From a candidate division WOR-3 bacterium UBA6260 (GTDB lineage: Bacteria > Hydrothermota > 32-111): a DNA stretch of 64,000 bases. The notes below the pieces were generated by a model. It worked only from the letters and a program-made list of their open reading frames with translations, was not told where the DNA came from and did no database searches. The stretch is from the NCBI GenBank assembly GCA_002441125.1, contig DJVI01000015.1, positions 69,315 to 133,314 on the forward strand, given 5' to 3'. Below are positions 26,766 through 37,073 of the stretch, piece by piece (within the stretch, counting starts at the first letter, position 1; every line of letters begins with the position of its first letter). A program made the position numbers and the translations under genes.

Positions 26766-28037
26766 TCAACCTTTAAAAATTCTTAAAATATCGTTGAATG
26801 TTACAAGAATTATTAAAGTGAAAAGAACGAATATTCCAACATACTGGTAAACCTGCATGAATTTTTTATTCGCTTTTACCTTGGTAACAAGTTCAAAAAG
26901 ATATATTAATATGTAAGACCCATCAAGTGGTGGAAATGGAATAAGGTTGAATATGAACAGGTTTATGGAAAAGAATGCAAGGAAGGATAAAAATGTTTCA
27001 AATCCGATTTTTAAAGTTTGATCTGTCATAGTATATATAGAAACTGGGCCACCAAGATTTTTGAGAGCCATCTTACCTGTAAACATCTGCTTTAAGAATT
27101 TCAATATTGATACAGAAATAAATTTTACCCTTTCGTAAGATAATTTTAATGAGTTTAGAAATCCAACCTTTTTACTTTCATATGAAAATCCTATTCCTAT
27201 AAAACCATACTCTTTATATTCCCCATCCAAACTATCCTTTATTATTTCAGGTTTTACTTTTAGAAGAAGTGTGTCATTTCCCCTTATAAGTTTGAAATCC
27301 ATCTCCTCTTTATAATAATTTTTCATCACATCTGATATATCCTGCCATGCTGATATGTTGAAAGTATCTATCTTTATAATTCTATCACCCTTCAAAATTC
27401 CATACTTTTCAGCAGAGGAATTCTTGTTGACTATTCCAACAACTGAAGAAAATTTTGGTGTAATGAAAAGTGAATCAGGTTTATCTATTTTAAATTTTAC
27501 ATCTACCTCTTCTTCTCCCCTTAAAACCTTAAAAATATTTTCCCTGTCTGGAACTATGTTTAGAAATATATCGTTGAAACTTTTAACTTTACTTCCGTTA
27601 ACCTCAGTTATTAGATCATTCTTCTGAAAATATTCTTTGTAAGGACCAGATATATCATAGAGTGGAGCATTTTCAATATTGGTGATACCATAAAAAGATA
27701 TTGTTATAAAAATTATAATGAAAGCAAAAATGAAATTGAAGAATGGACCAGAGAAAATTACAAGTATCCTTTTTATAGGGCTTTTTTTCATAAAATCATC
27801 ATCATCCCTCTCTTTGCTTTCAAAATCTTCCATACCTTTTAACCTTACATATCCACCGAAAGGGAGAACTGAGAAAACATAATCTGTCTCATCTTTTTTG
27901 AACCCAAACAATTTTTTGCCAAGTCCTACTGAGAATGTTAAAACACCTATTTTAAAAATTTTTGCTACTATGAAATGTCCAAACTCATGCACTATTACCA
28001 TTATTCCAAGTGTCAAAATCATTATTAAAAAACTCAT
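26766..28037 (-). CDS. rseP: RIP zinc metalloprotease RseP (site-2 protease)
   Basis: HEFGHFIVAK HExxH in TM1, PDZ domain, C-terminal LDG motif. Confidence 0.85.
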   Translation of the reverse strand: MSFLIMILTLGIMVIVHEFGHFIVAKIFKIGVLTFSVGLGKKLFGFKKDETDYVFSVLPFGGYVRLKGMEDFESKERDDDDFMKKSPIKRILVIFSGPFFNFIFAFIIIFITISFYGITNIENAPLYDISGPYKEYFQKNDLITEVNGSKVKSFNDIFLNIVPDRENIFKVLRGEEEVDVKFKIDKPDSLFITPKFSSVVGIVNKNSSAEKYGILKGDRIIKIDTFNISAWQDISDVMKNYYKEEMDFKLIRGNDTLLLKVKPEIIKDSLDGEYKEYGFIGIGFSYESKKVGFLNSLKLSYERVKFISVSILKFLKQMFTGKMALKNLGGPVSIYTMTDQTLKIGFETFLSFLAFFSINLFIFNLIPFPPLDGSYILIYLFELVTKVKANKKFMQVYQYVGIFVLFTLIILVTFNDILRIFKG

Positions 28038-29164
28038 AATTTTTCTCCAAAAATTTCTGTTAACCTTTTTGCTTCTTTTTCACTTTCCTGAATATTCTCT
28101 ATAGTTACTTTTTTCACGAATTTTATTTTTTTCATAACTCTTTCGATAAGTCCAACTATCTGGTTAAACTTTATCTCACCTCTAACAAAGAGTTCAACAG
28201 CCTTCTCGTTAGAAGCGTTAAAAACAGCTGGCATGTTACCGCCCATTTTTATTGCCATATAAGCGAGTTTTAAAGATTTATATTTCTCTACAGGTGCTGG
28301 ATGAAAAGATAAGTTTAAATTTACATTCTCATCAAACATCTTTATTGATGGAGTTTCTCCTCTATCAGGATGCAAAAGAGCATACTCTATCGGTAGAATC
28401 ATATCAGGGTAAGCCATATGGGAGATATAGGTTCCATCTTTCAGAAGAACAATAGCATGAACCAAAGAGTTTGGATGTATCATAACTCCAACCATATCAG
28501 GTTCAAGGGAGAACAACCTGCATGCTTCTATTATCTCTAATCCTTTGTTAACCATAGTTGAAGAATCAACTGTGACTTTTACTCCCATATTCCAGACAGG
28601 GTGTTTTAAAACCTCATCGAGAGTGAGGTCATCCTTTTTGGTTTTGAAAGGGACACCACCTGATGCTGTTATAAAACATTTTTTCACTTTTTTTCTGTCT
28701 ATAAAAGATAAGAGTTGCCATAGAGCTGAATGCTCGGAATCAACTGGTTTTATAACTGCCCTTTTGTTTTTTTTCAATTCTTTTTTTATTATCTCACCAT
28801 AGGAAACTATAGTTTCTTTGTTTGCGAGTGCTATAGTTTTCCCTCTTTTTATTCCATAATATGTTGGATAAAAACCGATAGATCCTACAAGTGCATTTAC
28901 AATTATGTCGTAATCAAGTTTATTTACAAAATAAGAATTAACATCACAATCTATATTTTTTTTATTTTTCCCTTCAATGACAAAAGACTCATTGTAAAGT
29001 CCAACATTTTTTACAGAGAAATCTTTCGCTATTTTTAAAAGTTGTTCTTTGTTTCTATTGGCAGTAATTCCAACTATTTTGAATCGTTCAGGGTATTTTT
29101 TTACTACATTCAACGTGCTCTTTCCTATAGAGCCAGTTGCTCCAAGAATAATTATCCTTTTCAC
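28034..29164 (-). CDS. dxr: 1-deoxy-D-xylulose 5-phosphate reductoisomerase
   Basis: 376 aa. ILGATGSIGKSTLNVV NADPH-binding N-terminus and conserved Dxr core. Confidence 0.9.
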   Translation of the reverse strand: MKRIIILGATGSIGKSTLNVVKKYPERFKIVGITANRNKEQLLKIAKDFSVKNVGLYNESFVIEGKNKKNIDCDVNSYFVNKLDYDIIVNALVGSIGFYPTYYGIKRGKTIALANKETIVSYGEIIKKELKKNKRAVIKPVDSEHSALWQLLSFIDRKKVKKCFITASGGVPFKTKKDDLTLDEVLKHPVWNMGVKVTVDSSTMVNKGLEIIEACRLFSLEPDMVGVMIHPNSLVHAIVLLKDGTYISHMAYPDMILPIEYALLHPDRGETPSIKMFDENVNLNLSFHPAPVEKYKSLKLAYMAIKMGGNMPAVFNASNEKAVELFVRGEIKFNQIVGLIERVMKKIKFVKKVTIENIQESEKEAKRLTEIFGEKL

Positions 29165-30000
29165 ACAATCCTGCTTTTTATAACAAGAATAAAGTAATAG
29201 TAAAAAAGAGGCAAAGCAAAAAGTATAGAATCAAACCTATCAAGAACTCCACCGTGACCTGGAAGAAAGGATGATACATCTTTAAGTTGAGCGTCCCTTT
29301 TCATAGCTGATTCAACAAGATCTCCTGCAAGCCCTGCGAAAGTCGATATCAGAGAAAGGATAAAAATATCCAAGATGTTCAACTCTCTGAAAAAAAATAA
29401 TGAGAATAAAAAACCTGATACAAAGGAAAAAATAAAACCACCAACAAGTCCTTCATAAGATTTTGATGGACTGATCTTTGGAATTATTTTATGTTTTCCA
29501 AATCTGCTGCCTATAAAAAATGCTCCAGTATCAGCCATCCAAATCATAAGGAAGGCCAGATATATTAGTTTTGGAGAATTCAAAAGGTTATAGCTCGTTT
29601 TTCCAATCAGGATCATGTGTCCACCAAGCCAACCTGTATAGAGAACTCCAAAAGTTGTTACAGACATATAAACTATTGATTTTGTTGGATCGTTCCTTCT
29701 CAATTCAACTACCGATATGAATAACAAAAGTAATGTTATCAAAAAATATGTGAAAAGAGCGGATGAATAGTTCATTATTAAACCAAGGACAATTGAAGCA
29801 AAAATTCCAGTTCTTAGGTAAGGGTTTAGCCCTTTTTCTCTTAAAAGATAGAAAAATTCATAAGACATTATTCCTATTATTCCAAGCATTAGAAAAAGGT
29901 ACGGGAATGAACCATAATTAAAGATAACAAGAAAAAAAGGTACAAAAAGAAATGAGGTTAACAACCTGTATGAAAGATTATCCTGTTTAGATTTTTCCAA
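29161..30000 (-). CDS. cdsA: phosphatidate cytidylyltransferase
   Basis: 279 aa polytopic. C-terminal CTP_transf_1 signature (SAMKRDAQLKDVSSFLPGHGGVLDRFDS). Confidence 0.8.
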   Translation of the reverse strand: MEKSKQDNLSYRLLTSFLFVPFFLVIFNYGSFPYLFLMLGIIGIMSYEFFYLLREKGLNPYLRTGIFASIVLGLIMNYSSALFTYFLITLLLLFISVVELRRNDPTKSIVYMSVTTFGVLYTGWLGGHMILIGKTSYNLLNSPKLIYLAFLMIWMADTGAFFIGSRFGKHKIIPKISPSKSYEGLVGGFIFSFVSGFLFSLFFFRELNILDIFILSLISTFAGLAGDLVESAMKRDAQLKDVSSFLPGHGGVLDRFDSILFALPLFYYYFILVIKSRIV

Positions 30001-30706
30001 ACCTTCTCTCCCTTTTAGAGTAATCCTCTAAAGCTTTATCAAACTCCTTTTCATCAAAATCTGGCCATAGGACTTCGGTGAAATAAAATTCAGAATATGC
30101 GGTCTGCCATAGCAGGAAATTTGAGATTCTGAATTCGCCACTTGTCCTTATAACAAGATCAGGATCCGGAACATCCGGGAGATATAGATATTTTGAAAAC
30201 TCTTCATTATCAAGTTTTTCAAGTTGGTTCAACTTTAATCTTCTACATACCTCTCTACATGCATCAACTATCTCCTGCCTTCCTCCATAATCGAATGCGA
30301 GTATTAATGTCAAACCAGTATTGTTTTTTGTTACTTCCTTTGCGTTAACCATTCTATCGAGAAGTTCTTTTGACAACCTGTTTTTTCTACCTATGAAAAG
30401 TATTTTAACATTATTTTTATAGAGTTCTGGTATCTCCTGTTCAAGAAGTTTAGAAAAGAGTTTCATCAAACCATCAACTTCATTTTTGGGTCTATTCCAA
30501 TTTTCAGTAGAAAATGTATAGAGGGTTAAATATTTTACACCTATTTTTGCTGAATACTTGATAATCCTTCTTACAGATTCAACTCCCTTTCTATGGCCAT
30601 ACAATCTATCCTTTCCTCTGAGTTTAGCCCATCTTCCATTGCCATCCATTATTATGGCAACATGTTTGGGAATAGATTTTTCTTTTTCAACTTCCAAGGA
30701 TTTCAT
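29987..30706 (-). CDS. uppS: isoprenyl transferase (undecaprenyl-diphosphate synthase family)
   Basis: HVAIIMDGNGRWA and C-terminal ...FLLWQTAYSEFYF motifs. Confidence 0.9.
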   Translation of the reverse strand: MKSLEVEKEKSIPKHVAIIMDGNGRWAKLRGKDRLYGHRKGVESVRRIIKYSAKIGVKYLTLYTFSTENWNRPKNEVDGLMKLFSKLLEQEIPELYKNNVKILFIGRKNRLSKELLDRMVNAKEVTKNNTGLTLILAFDYGGRQEIVDACREVCRRLKLNQLEKLDNEEFSKYLYLPDVPDPDLVIRTSGEFRISNFLLWQTAYSEFYFTEVLWPDFDEKEFDKALEDYSKRERRFGKI

Positions 30707-31265
30707 TTTCCTTCTTTGTCACTAAATTATCTATTTCACCAATATATTTTTCCGTTGTCTTCTGTATCTCTTTTTCAAGCCTTTCCTCATCATCCTCCGA
30801 AATTGTTCCATCCTTTTTCATACTTTTCAGTTTTTCAATGTTATCCCTTCTTATCTGTCTTATAACTATCCTTGATTCCTCACCAAGTTTTTTTATTGTT
30901 TTAACTATCTCTTTTCTTCTCTCCTCAGTAAGAGGTGGGACAGAAATTCTTATAACATTACCATCATTGGTTGGTGTTAGACCGATATTCGCTTTCATTA
31001 TCTCTTTTTCAATCGCTGGAAGAATAGTTTTGTCCCATGGTTGAACAACTATCATCTTAGGGTCAGGAGTTGAAATTGTTGATACTTGGTTTAAAGGTGA
31101 TTTTACACCATAATATTCAACATTTATTCCATCGAGTAGTGCAGGTGTTGCCTTTCCGGTTCTTATTTTTGAAAGTTCACTTTTAAAATTATCTACACTT
31201 TTTTTCATCGAAACTTCTAAATCATGTAAAAGTTTTTCTGGCATAATTCCCCCTTTAACTAACAA
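30687..31265 (-). CDS. frr: ribosome recycling factor
   Basis: RRF fold sequence. True start probably the internal MPEKLL. Confidence 0.9.
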   Translation of the reverse strand: MLVKGGIMPEKLLHDLEVSMKKSVDNFKSELSKIRTGKATPALLDGINVEYYGVKSPLNQVSTISTPDPKMIVVQPWDKTILPAIEKEIMKANIGLTPTNDGNVIRISVPPLTEERRKEIVKTIKKLGEESRIVIRQIRRDNIEKLKSMKKDGTISEDDEERLEKEIQKTTEKYIGEIDNLVTKKENEILGS

Positions 31266-31971
31266 GAGTTCCTATTTTCTCACCTTTTACAATTTTTATA
31301 AGATTACCATATTTTAATATGTTGAAAACTATTATAGGAAGTTTGTTCTCTTTACTCAATGAAATCGCAGTCATATCCATTACATTGAGTTCTTTTATAA
31401 GAACAGAGGAATAGTTTATATTTTTGAACATCTTGGCATTTCTGTTTTTTACAGGATCAAGGTCAAAAACTCCATCAACTTTTGTTCCTTTAAGAAGAAC
31501 CTCGCAACCTATCTCTGATGCTCTTAAAACCGCAGCTGTATCCGTTGTGAAAAAAGGATTCCCTGTTCCGCCTGTAAAGATAACTATTCTTCTTTTATCG
31601 AGGTGGGATAAGGCTTTTCTTCTTATGTAAGGTTCAGCAATCTGTTTTATCTCTATAGCTGTCATCATCCTTGTGCTAACACCCTTTTTCTCTATCATCG
31701 ACTGTAAGACCATCCCATTTATCACAGTTGAAAGCATACCTGTATAATCTGCGGTAACTTTATCAAGGTGAAGTTGATCAACGAGTTTGGATCCTCTGAT
31801 TATGTTTCCACCACCTATAACTATTCCTATATCAACTCCCATCCTGTAAACTTCAACAATTTCATTAACAAGAATCGATAAAGATTTTTCAGAGAAAACA
31901 TAATCCTTATCTCCAAGTATTTCACCTGAGAGTTTTAAAAGTATTCTTTTATATTTTGGTTTTTCTTTCAT
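31255..31971 (-). CDS. pyrH: UMP kinase
   Basis: RILLKLSGE... amino-acid-kinase family, UMPK motifs. Confidence 0.9.
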   Translation of the reverse strand: MKEKPKYKRILLKLSGEILGDKDYVFSEKSLSILVNEIVEVYRMGVDIGIVIGGGNIIRGSKLVDQLHLDKVTADYTGMLSTVINGMVLQSMIEKKGVSTRMMTAIEIKQIAEPYIRRKALSHLDKRRIVIFTGGTGNPFFTTDTAAVLRASEIGCEVLLKGTKVDGVFDLDPVKNRNAKMFKNINYSSVLIKELNVMDMTAISLSKENKLPIIVFNILKYGNLIKIVKGEKIGTLVS

Positions 31972-32568
31972 CTATTCTCCGATTTTAAAAATCGAGAATC
32001 TGCTAACAACTATATTTTCTCCAAATTTCGCTATATTTTCTTTAATGTAATCTTCAACTGTTTTCTTATCCTCTGAACCGAAGAACTGCTGTTTGTATAG
32101 GCAATTCTCTTCGAAGAATTTTTGCAATTTGTTCTCTATTATTTTATCGATAACATTCTGAGGTTTCTTTTGATCCTTCATCTGTTCTTTGTAAATCTCT
32201 TTCTCTTTCTCTATTACTTCCTGTGGAACATCATTCTGGTTAACATACTGAGGTTCCATAGCACCAATATGGATAGCTATTTGGTGAGCCATATCTATGA
32301 ACTCTTTCGTTTTAGCAACAAAATCTGTTTCACAGTTTACCTCAACAAGAACCCCAAGCTTTTTGTTGTAATGTATATAAGCATCGATTACACCTTCTGA
32401 TGCAGCTCTCGATGATTTTTTGGCAGCCTTTAAAATACCTTCTTTTCTAAGGTATTCTATTGCCTTCTCTATATCCCCATCATTCTTTATTAAAGCGTTT
32501 TTACAGTCCATTATTCCAAGGCCTGTTCTCTCTTTTAATTCTTTTATCATATCCATCGTAATATTCAT
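31972..32568 (-). CDS. tsf: elongation factor Ts
   Basis: N-terminal UBA-like [19 protein letters not shown], short Ts form. Confidence 0.9.
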   Translation of the reverse strand: MNITMDMIKELKERTGLGIMDCKNALIKNDGDIEKAIEYLRKEGILKAAKKSSRAASEGVIDAYIHYNKKLGVLVEVNCETDFVAKTKEFIDMAHQIAIHIGAMEPQYVNQNDVPQEVIEKEKEIYKEQMKDQKKPQNVIDKIIENKLQKFFEENCLYKQQFFGSEDKKTVEDYIKENIAKFGENIVVSRFSIFKIGE

Positions 32569-32597
32569 AACTACTCCTTTAAAATTATTCTATAAGA

Positions 32598-33443
32598 TCA
32601 ATCTATTTTCTTTTTCCTTTTAATCCTTTCTATTTTTTCACCATCATCATCGATATCTTCAACCATAGTTTCTTTTCTTCTACTTTCACTCTGTAAAGAT
32701 TCCTCTCTCTTTTGATTTTCGAGGAAATCCTTTCTTTCAACAAGTCCTCTGTTAACAGCATCAGAAATGACTTTTGTTACTATTTCTATTGACTTTATAG
32801 CATCATCGTTTCCTGGAATTGGAATCGAAACACTTTCAGGATCAGAGTTGGTGTCAACAAGTGCTATAACTGGAATTCCCATAAGATTAGCTTCATTTAT
32901 AGCTATCTTATGTTTCTTAGTATCAACAACAAACATAACATCAGGCAATCTTGTCATATCCTTTATACCTGAAAAAATCTTTGAAAGTTTTTCAATTTCC
33001 CTTTCCTTCATGCTTTTTTCTTTCTTTGTAAGTTTATCATAATCACCATTTTTCAACTTTGCTTCACTATCTTTCAACTTATCAATCGTTTTTTTAACAG
33101 TTGAGAAATTGGTAAGAAGACCACCAAGCCATCTTTCGTTGATATAGAAAGAGTTGCAATTCTTAGCTTCCTGTTCGATTATATCTTTTGCCTGCTTTTT
33201 AGTACCAACGAAAAGAACCTGACCACCATTTGCGACTTTTTCTTTTACAAACTCACTTGCTTTTTTTAACTGTTCAAGTGTTTTTATGAGATCTATTATA
33301 TAGATTCCGTTCCTTGATGAAAAAATAAAAGGTTTCATCTTTGGGTTCCATCTTTCGGTTTTATGACCGAAATGAACTCCACACTTTAAAAGTTCTTCAA
33401 TTGTGATCTGCATAGAAATTCCTCCTTCGGTTAATACTTCCAC
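32598..33443 (-). CDS. rpsB: 30S ribosomal protein S2
   Basis: ELLKCGVHFGHKTERWNPKM. Likely true start at MQITIEELL. Confidence 0.9.
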   Translation of the reverse strand: MEVLTEGGISMQITIEELLKCGVHFGHKTERWNPKMKPFIFSSRNGIYIIDLIKTLEQLKKASEFVKEKVANGGQVLFVGTKKQAKDIIEQEAKNCNSFYINERWLGGLLTNFSTVKKTIDKLKDSEAKLKNGDYDKLTKKEKSMKEREIEKLSKIFSGIKDMTRLPDVMFVVDTKKHKIAINEANLMGIPVIALVDTNSDPESVSIPIPGNDDAIKSIEIVTKVISDAVNRGLVERKDFLENQKREESLQSESRRKETMVEDIDDDGEKIERIKRKKKID

Positions 33444-33508
33444 TGATCCTATGGGAACAGATAAACTGCACCGCCCATAGAATTTGGCCAGTGTGATTTT
33501 TTGTTAAA

Positions 33509-33898
33509 TTATCTCTTAGAGAACTGATATCTTTTTCTTGCCTTTGCAAGTCCGTATTTTCTTCTTTCTTTCTCTCTCGGATCCCTTGTCAAAAGGCCGT
33601 TATCTTTCAATACAACTTTAAAATCAGGGAATCTTTTCGCTATAGATCTTGCTATTCCAAGTTTTATAGCATCCTTCTGTCCAGTTATTCCACCACCTGA
33701 AACTTTCGCATAAACAGAAATTTTTCTGTCAAGATTACACAACCTTAAAACATTTAAAAGTTCTTCCCTGTGATCATACCTTTTAATATAATCTTCGAGT
33801 TTCTTTCCATTTATCAAAAATTTCCCCTTTCCTTCAACTAACCTTATCCTTGCAACTGCCTCTTTTCTTCTTCCAACAAAAACATTATTCTCAGCCAA
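33509..33898 (-). CDS. rpsI: 30S ribosomal protein S9
   Basis: 129 aa, C-terminal ...KARKRYQFSKR. Confidence 0.9.
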   Translation of the reverse strand: MAENNVFVGRRKEAVARIRLVEGKGKFLINGKKLEDYIKRYDHREELLNVLRLCNLDRKISVYAKVSGGGITGQKDAIKLGIARSIAKRFPDFKVVLKDNGLLTRDPREKERRKYGLAKARKRYQFSKR

Positions 33899-33907
33899 GT
33901 TTCCTCC

Positions 33908-34336
33908 TTATAAATTTATTTCAATTGGATTCTGTGCTTTATGTTTATGGTTTGAGTCGTTATAAACTTTCAACCTTGTCAACATCTTTCTTCCAAGTTT
34001 ATTTTTTGGAAGCATCCTTTTCACAGCAAGTGTTATAACTTTTGATGGGTTCTTCTCAAGCATTTCTTTAAGGTTTGTCTCCTTCAGATTACCAATGTAA
34101 CCTGAATGGGAATAATACATTTTACTTAGCATCTTGTTTCCAGTTACCTTAAGATCTTTTGCGTTAATAACTATAACTCCATCACCGTTATCAATATCAG
34201 GTTGATAGGTGACCTTCTTTTTACCCATAAGAATTGTAGAAATCTTGGTTGAAAGACGACCCAAAGTTTTACCTTTAGCGTCTATGATATACCAGTTATG
34301 TTTAATTTCTTTTTCATTTATTCTCGTAGTTTTCAT
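33908..34336 (-). CDS. rplM: 50S ribosomal protein L13
   Basis: 142 aa, ...WYIIDAKGKTLGRLST... Confidence 0.9.
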   Translation of the reverse strand: MKTTRINEKEIKHNWYIIDAKGKTLGRLSTKISTILMGKKKVTYQPDIDNGDGVIVINAKDLKVTGNKMLSKMYYSHSGYIGNLKETNLKEMLEKNPSKVITLAVKRMLPKNKLGRKMLTRLKVYNDSNHKHKAQNPIEINL

Positions 34337-34345
34337 TTAAACTCC

Positions 34346-35422
34346 TTACTTCCCCTGTTTTTTTAATTCTTCATACTTCTTGTAAGCTTCCTGTGACTTA
34401 TCATTCATCTTCATCCTTGAGTAACAGTCAGCTTTTATAAGATAGAGATCACTTATCTCAATACCTGTTTTTGAAATATAATCATCTATAGTTTTTATGG
34501 CATCCGCAAAATCTTTGTTTTTATAATATGCGAAACCTAAATTCAACATAGATTCATAATCATCCTCTTTAAATTTCAAAGCATTTTTAAAGTTGGTTAT
34601 AGCCTCTTTATAATTCTTTTTTTCTTCAAGGTAAATCTTCCCTAATTTGAAAGAAACATCGTTTTTGTAAGTTGAGAGTTTTGCTTTCATCACTGAATCT
34701 GATGATTCGAATATCTTGTTGAAGTTTTCAAAATTTTTCAAAGCTTCTTCAAAATTCTTACTTGAGTATGCAATCTCGCCAAGCCAGTAAATTATCTGTG
34801 GATTTTCAGCATTGATAGCTTTTGCCTTATCGAGATACTTTTTCGCCTCATCGAACTTTTCTTCACCTATGTAATATTTTGCAACATTAAAAAATAGTGA
34901 AAGGTTCTCTGGATTCTTTGAAATAGATTTTTCTATAGTTTTTGTCATATTAGCTTCATCACCATTTTCCGCATAAAGAAGAACAAGGTAATCGTAATTT
35001 ATAGATGTATCCTTTATCTCTTCAGCCTTCAAAAGGTACTTTTCATATTTTGCTTTATTCTCTTTACCATCCTTGTTTCTCAAAAAACCTGTCCCGGCAT
35101 TGAAAAGAACAGGCCAGTAAAATTCAACATTTTCTCTCATTTCTTTCAAAACCTGTTTTGTTGTATCCTTTTCGAGTGCAATTAAAAAATATTCGGAAGC
35201 TTTGTCAAATTCACTTTTTGAACCGTAAGCTTTACCCATCCATAGATACGCTTGTGCGTTATTCGGTTCAAGTTTTATAGCTTCGTTGAACTGAACTATA
35301 GCTTTATCAAAATCGTTTTGCTGCATATATATTATACCTGATGACATATATTGATTGTTACATCCAACAAAAAGTATAATTATCATAGCAACGATTAAAA
35401 ACAAACTAACAAACTTATTCAT
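34346..35422 (-). CDS. TPR-repeat lipoprotein
   Basis: Lipobox LFVGC after signal peptide; multiple TPR units (AQAYLWMGKAY..., FNVAKYY...). Confidence 0.6.
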   Translation of the reverse strand: MNKFVSLFLIVAMIIILFVGCNNQYMSSGIIYMQQNDFDKAIVQFNEAIKLEPNNAQAYLWMGKAYGSKSEFDKASEYFLIALEKDTTKQVLKEMRENVEFYWPVLFNAGTGFLRNKDGKENKAKYEKYLLKAEEIKDTSINYDYLVLLYAENGDEANMTKTIEKSISKNPENLSLFFNVAKYYIGEEKFDEAKKYLDKAKAINAENPQIIYWLGEIAYSSKNFEEALKNFENFNKIFESSDSVMKAKLSTYKNDVSFKLGKIYLEEKKNYKEAITNFKNALKFKEDDYESMLNLGFAYYKNKDFADAIKTIDDYISKTGIEISDLYLIKADCYSRMKMNDKSQEAYKKYEELKKQGK

Positions 35423-35517
35423 TTAATACCTCCTGAAAAAAGAGCAGAATTTAGTGTTTTATTTTATCAAAAAAAAGTTTTTTGTCAATAGTAAGAACTG
35501 AAAGATTAATATAATGT

Positions 35518-35988
35518 TTATTTAAAAATATTATCTATTATATTATCAATCTCATCTTTAAATTCACTGTCAAATGTCATTTTCTCTTCACTCTCTTCCT
35601 TCATAAGTTTAATAATATTTTCACTTAACTTTTTTGTTAAAGTTTGAACAACTCCTATTATAGTATCTTTTGAAAAAAGTGAAACTATTATCAGATCATC
35701 ATTTATAGCAAAATAGAAAAAAGAGAACTTTTTCCCCTCTTGAAAAAGAGTAAAGAAATAATCCTCTTTAACAAGTTTGGCAATACTTTTAGTAGCGTTG
35801 TATATACCAGAGCACAGAGCACCCAAAGATTGGGTGAAATAGTTATCCTTTTTCATTCCTGTTTGAAAGAGAACCTGACCTGAAGTGTTAACGATAATTA
35901 CATTTAAAACTTTTGTGTCCTGTATAAAGATTTTCAACAACCGTTCAACATCCCTAACGGTTGGTTCATCAAGAACAAGTTTTTTCAT
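35518..35988 (-). CDS. roadblock/LC7 domain protein
   Basis: 156 aa. ...VLNVIIVNTSGQVLFQTG...LCSGIYNATKSIAKL...LIIVSLFSKDTIIGVV fits the roadblock/LC7 (MglB-like) pattern. Confidence 0.5.
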   Translation of the reverse strand: MKKLVLDEPTVRDVERLLKIFIQDTKVLNVIIVNTSGQVLFQTGMKKDNYFTQSLGALCSGIYNATKSIAKLVKEDYFFTLFQEGKKFSFFYFAINDDLIIVSLFSKDTIIGVVQTLTKKLSENIIKLMKEESEEKMTFDSEFKDEIDNIIDNIFK

Positions 35989-36000
35989 ATTTTTAATTTA

Positions 36001-36345
36001 TTATAGATTACCTTGCAACTGGTTTGAGATATTTTTAATCTGTATTATGAGAGCACCAATATTTACATTTTTTTCTGCAAGAGCAAAAAGTATAAATTTT
36101 TCTTTCGATATGAAAAGTATTTCACCCTTTTCAGTATAAATTGTTGAAAATATTGGAAGTGTATCAGTGCTTTTCCCTAAACTTTTTTCCATTTCACTGT
36201 TTATTTTTGCCACCATTGCACCCAAAAGATCAGCCATATCACTTTCATAGAATATCTTTTCAACTATAAGTCCATCTTTTGTTAAAACAGCCACACCTTT
36301 AACACCAACTATATCCATCAATTTTTCAATTTTTTCTTTTATCAT
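36001..36345 (-). CDS. roadblock/LC7 domain protein
   Basis: 114 aa. MDIVGVKGVAVLTKDGLIVEKIFYESDMADLLGAMVAKINSEMEKSLGK...GEILFISKEKFILFALAE is a strong roadblock pattern. Confidence 0.65.
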   Translation of the reverse strand: MIKEKIEKLMDIVGVKGVAVLTKDGLIVEKIFYESDMADLLGAMVAKINSEMEKSLGKSTDTLPIFSTIYTEKGEILFISKEKFILFALAEKNVNIGALIIQIKNISNQLQGNL

Positions 36346-37073
36346 TGTTCAAGCACCTGTTTTATGTTTTTTAACAACTGTTTGGCTTTTATAAGAATAA
36401 GTCCAATTTTTACAACCTCCTCTGTAAAAATACCAAGAATATATCCATTCCCTTTAAAAAGGTATATCCTCACTTTTCCTATTTCTATGAATATTCTATC
36501 TATAAGTCCAAGTTCAGTTTTACTTATAGAATCCTCTGATACTGAAAATATTGTTGAGAAAAGAGCAGATGTTATTTCAGGGTCAAGATTTTCAAGTATC
36601 TTCGCTCTTATAACAAGACCAGATTCTTCTATTATTATACTTCCCAAAACTCCGTTTATAGAATTTATCTCTTCAAGGGATCTATCAAGCAAATTTTCAG
36701 TTTCGTTGGCTGTAATAACATTATCTTTTTCAATTTTTTGAAACTCACCTTTTTGTTCAATATTTGATTCATTTTTTTTTACTTCAACTTTATTTGAAAT
36801 TTCTGAAACTACCGGTTCTGCCAGAGATTTCACCAAAGGATCATCTGGAAACTCTTTCAAAAGTTCATTCAAAATGTCAGTTGATGATGGATCGTTTAAC
36901 TCCTTTAACGATCTGTAAAGCAAAATTTTAGCATCCTTTATATCAGGGAACTCTGAAAGTATAAGTTTACAGTAGTTTATAGATTCGTTGAAAGCTTTGT
37001 TCTTAAAAAGATCCTCTGCTATCATTATTATTAATGACACACTATCCCTATCAACCTTCATCCCTTCATTCAA
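36342..37073 (-). CDS. TPR-like N-terminal domain fused to C-terminal roadblock/LC7 domain
   Basis: 243 aa. C-terminal INGVLGSIIIEESGLVIRAKILENLDPEITSALFSTIF...GKVRIYLFKGNGYILGIFTEE. 4-nt overlap with the downstream gene. Confidence 0.5.
   Translation of the reverse strand: MNEGMKVDRDSVSLIIMIAEDLFKNKAFNESINYCKLILSEFPDIKDAKILLYRSLKELNDPSSTDILNELLKEFPDDPLVKSLAEPVVSEISNKVEVKKNESNIEQKGEFQKIEKDNVITANETENLLDRSLEEINSINGVLGSIIIEESGLVIRAKILENLDPEITSALFSTIFSVSEDSISKTELGLIDRIFIEIGKVRIYLFKGNGYILGIFTEEVVKIGLILIKAKQLLKNIKQVLEQ

Noticed and set aside
35423-35517. TTGTCA ... TATAAT-like hexamers in the gap between the TPR lipoprotein and roadblock genes
   Set aside because: The hexamers are plus-oriented while both flanking genes are minus-strand. 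Spacing is ambiguous in an AT-rich stretch. Not reported as a promoter.
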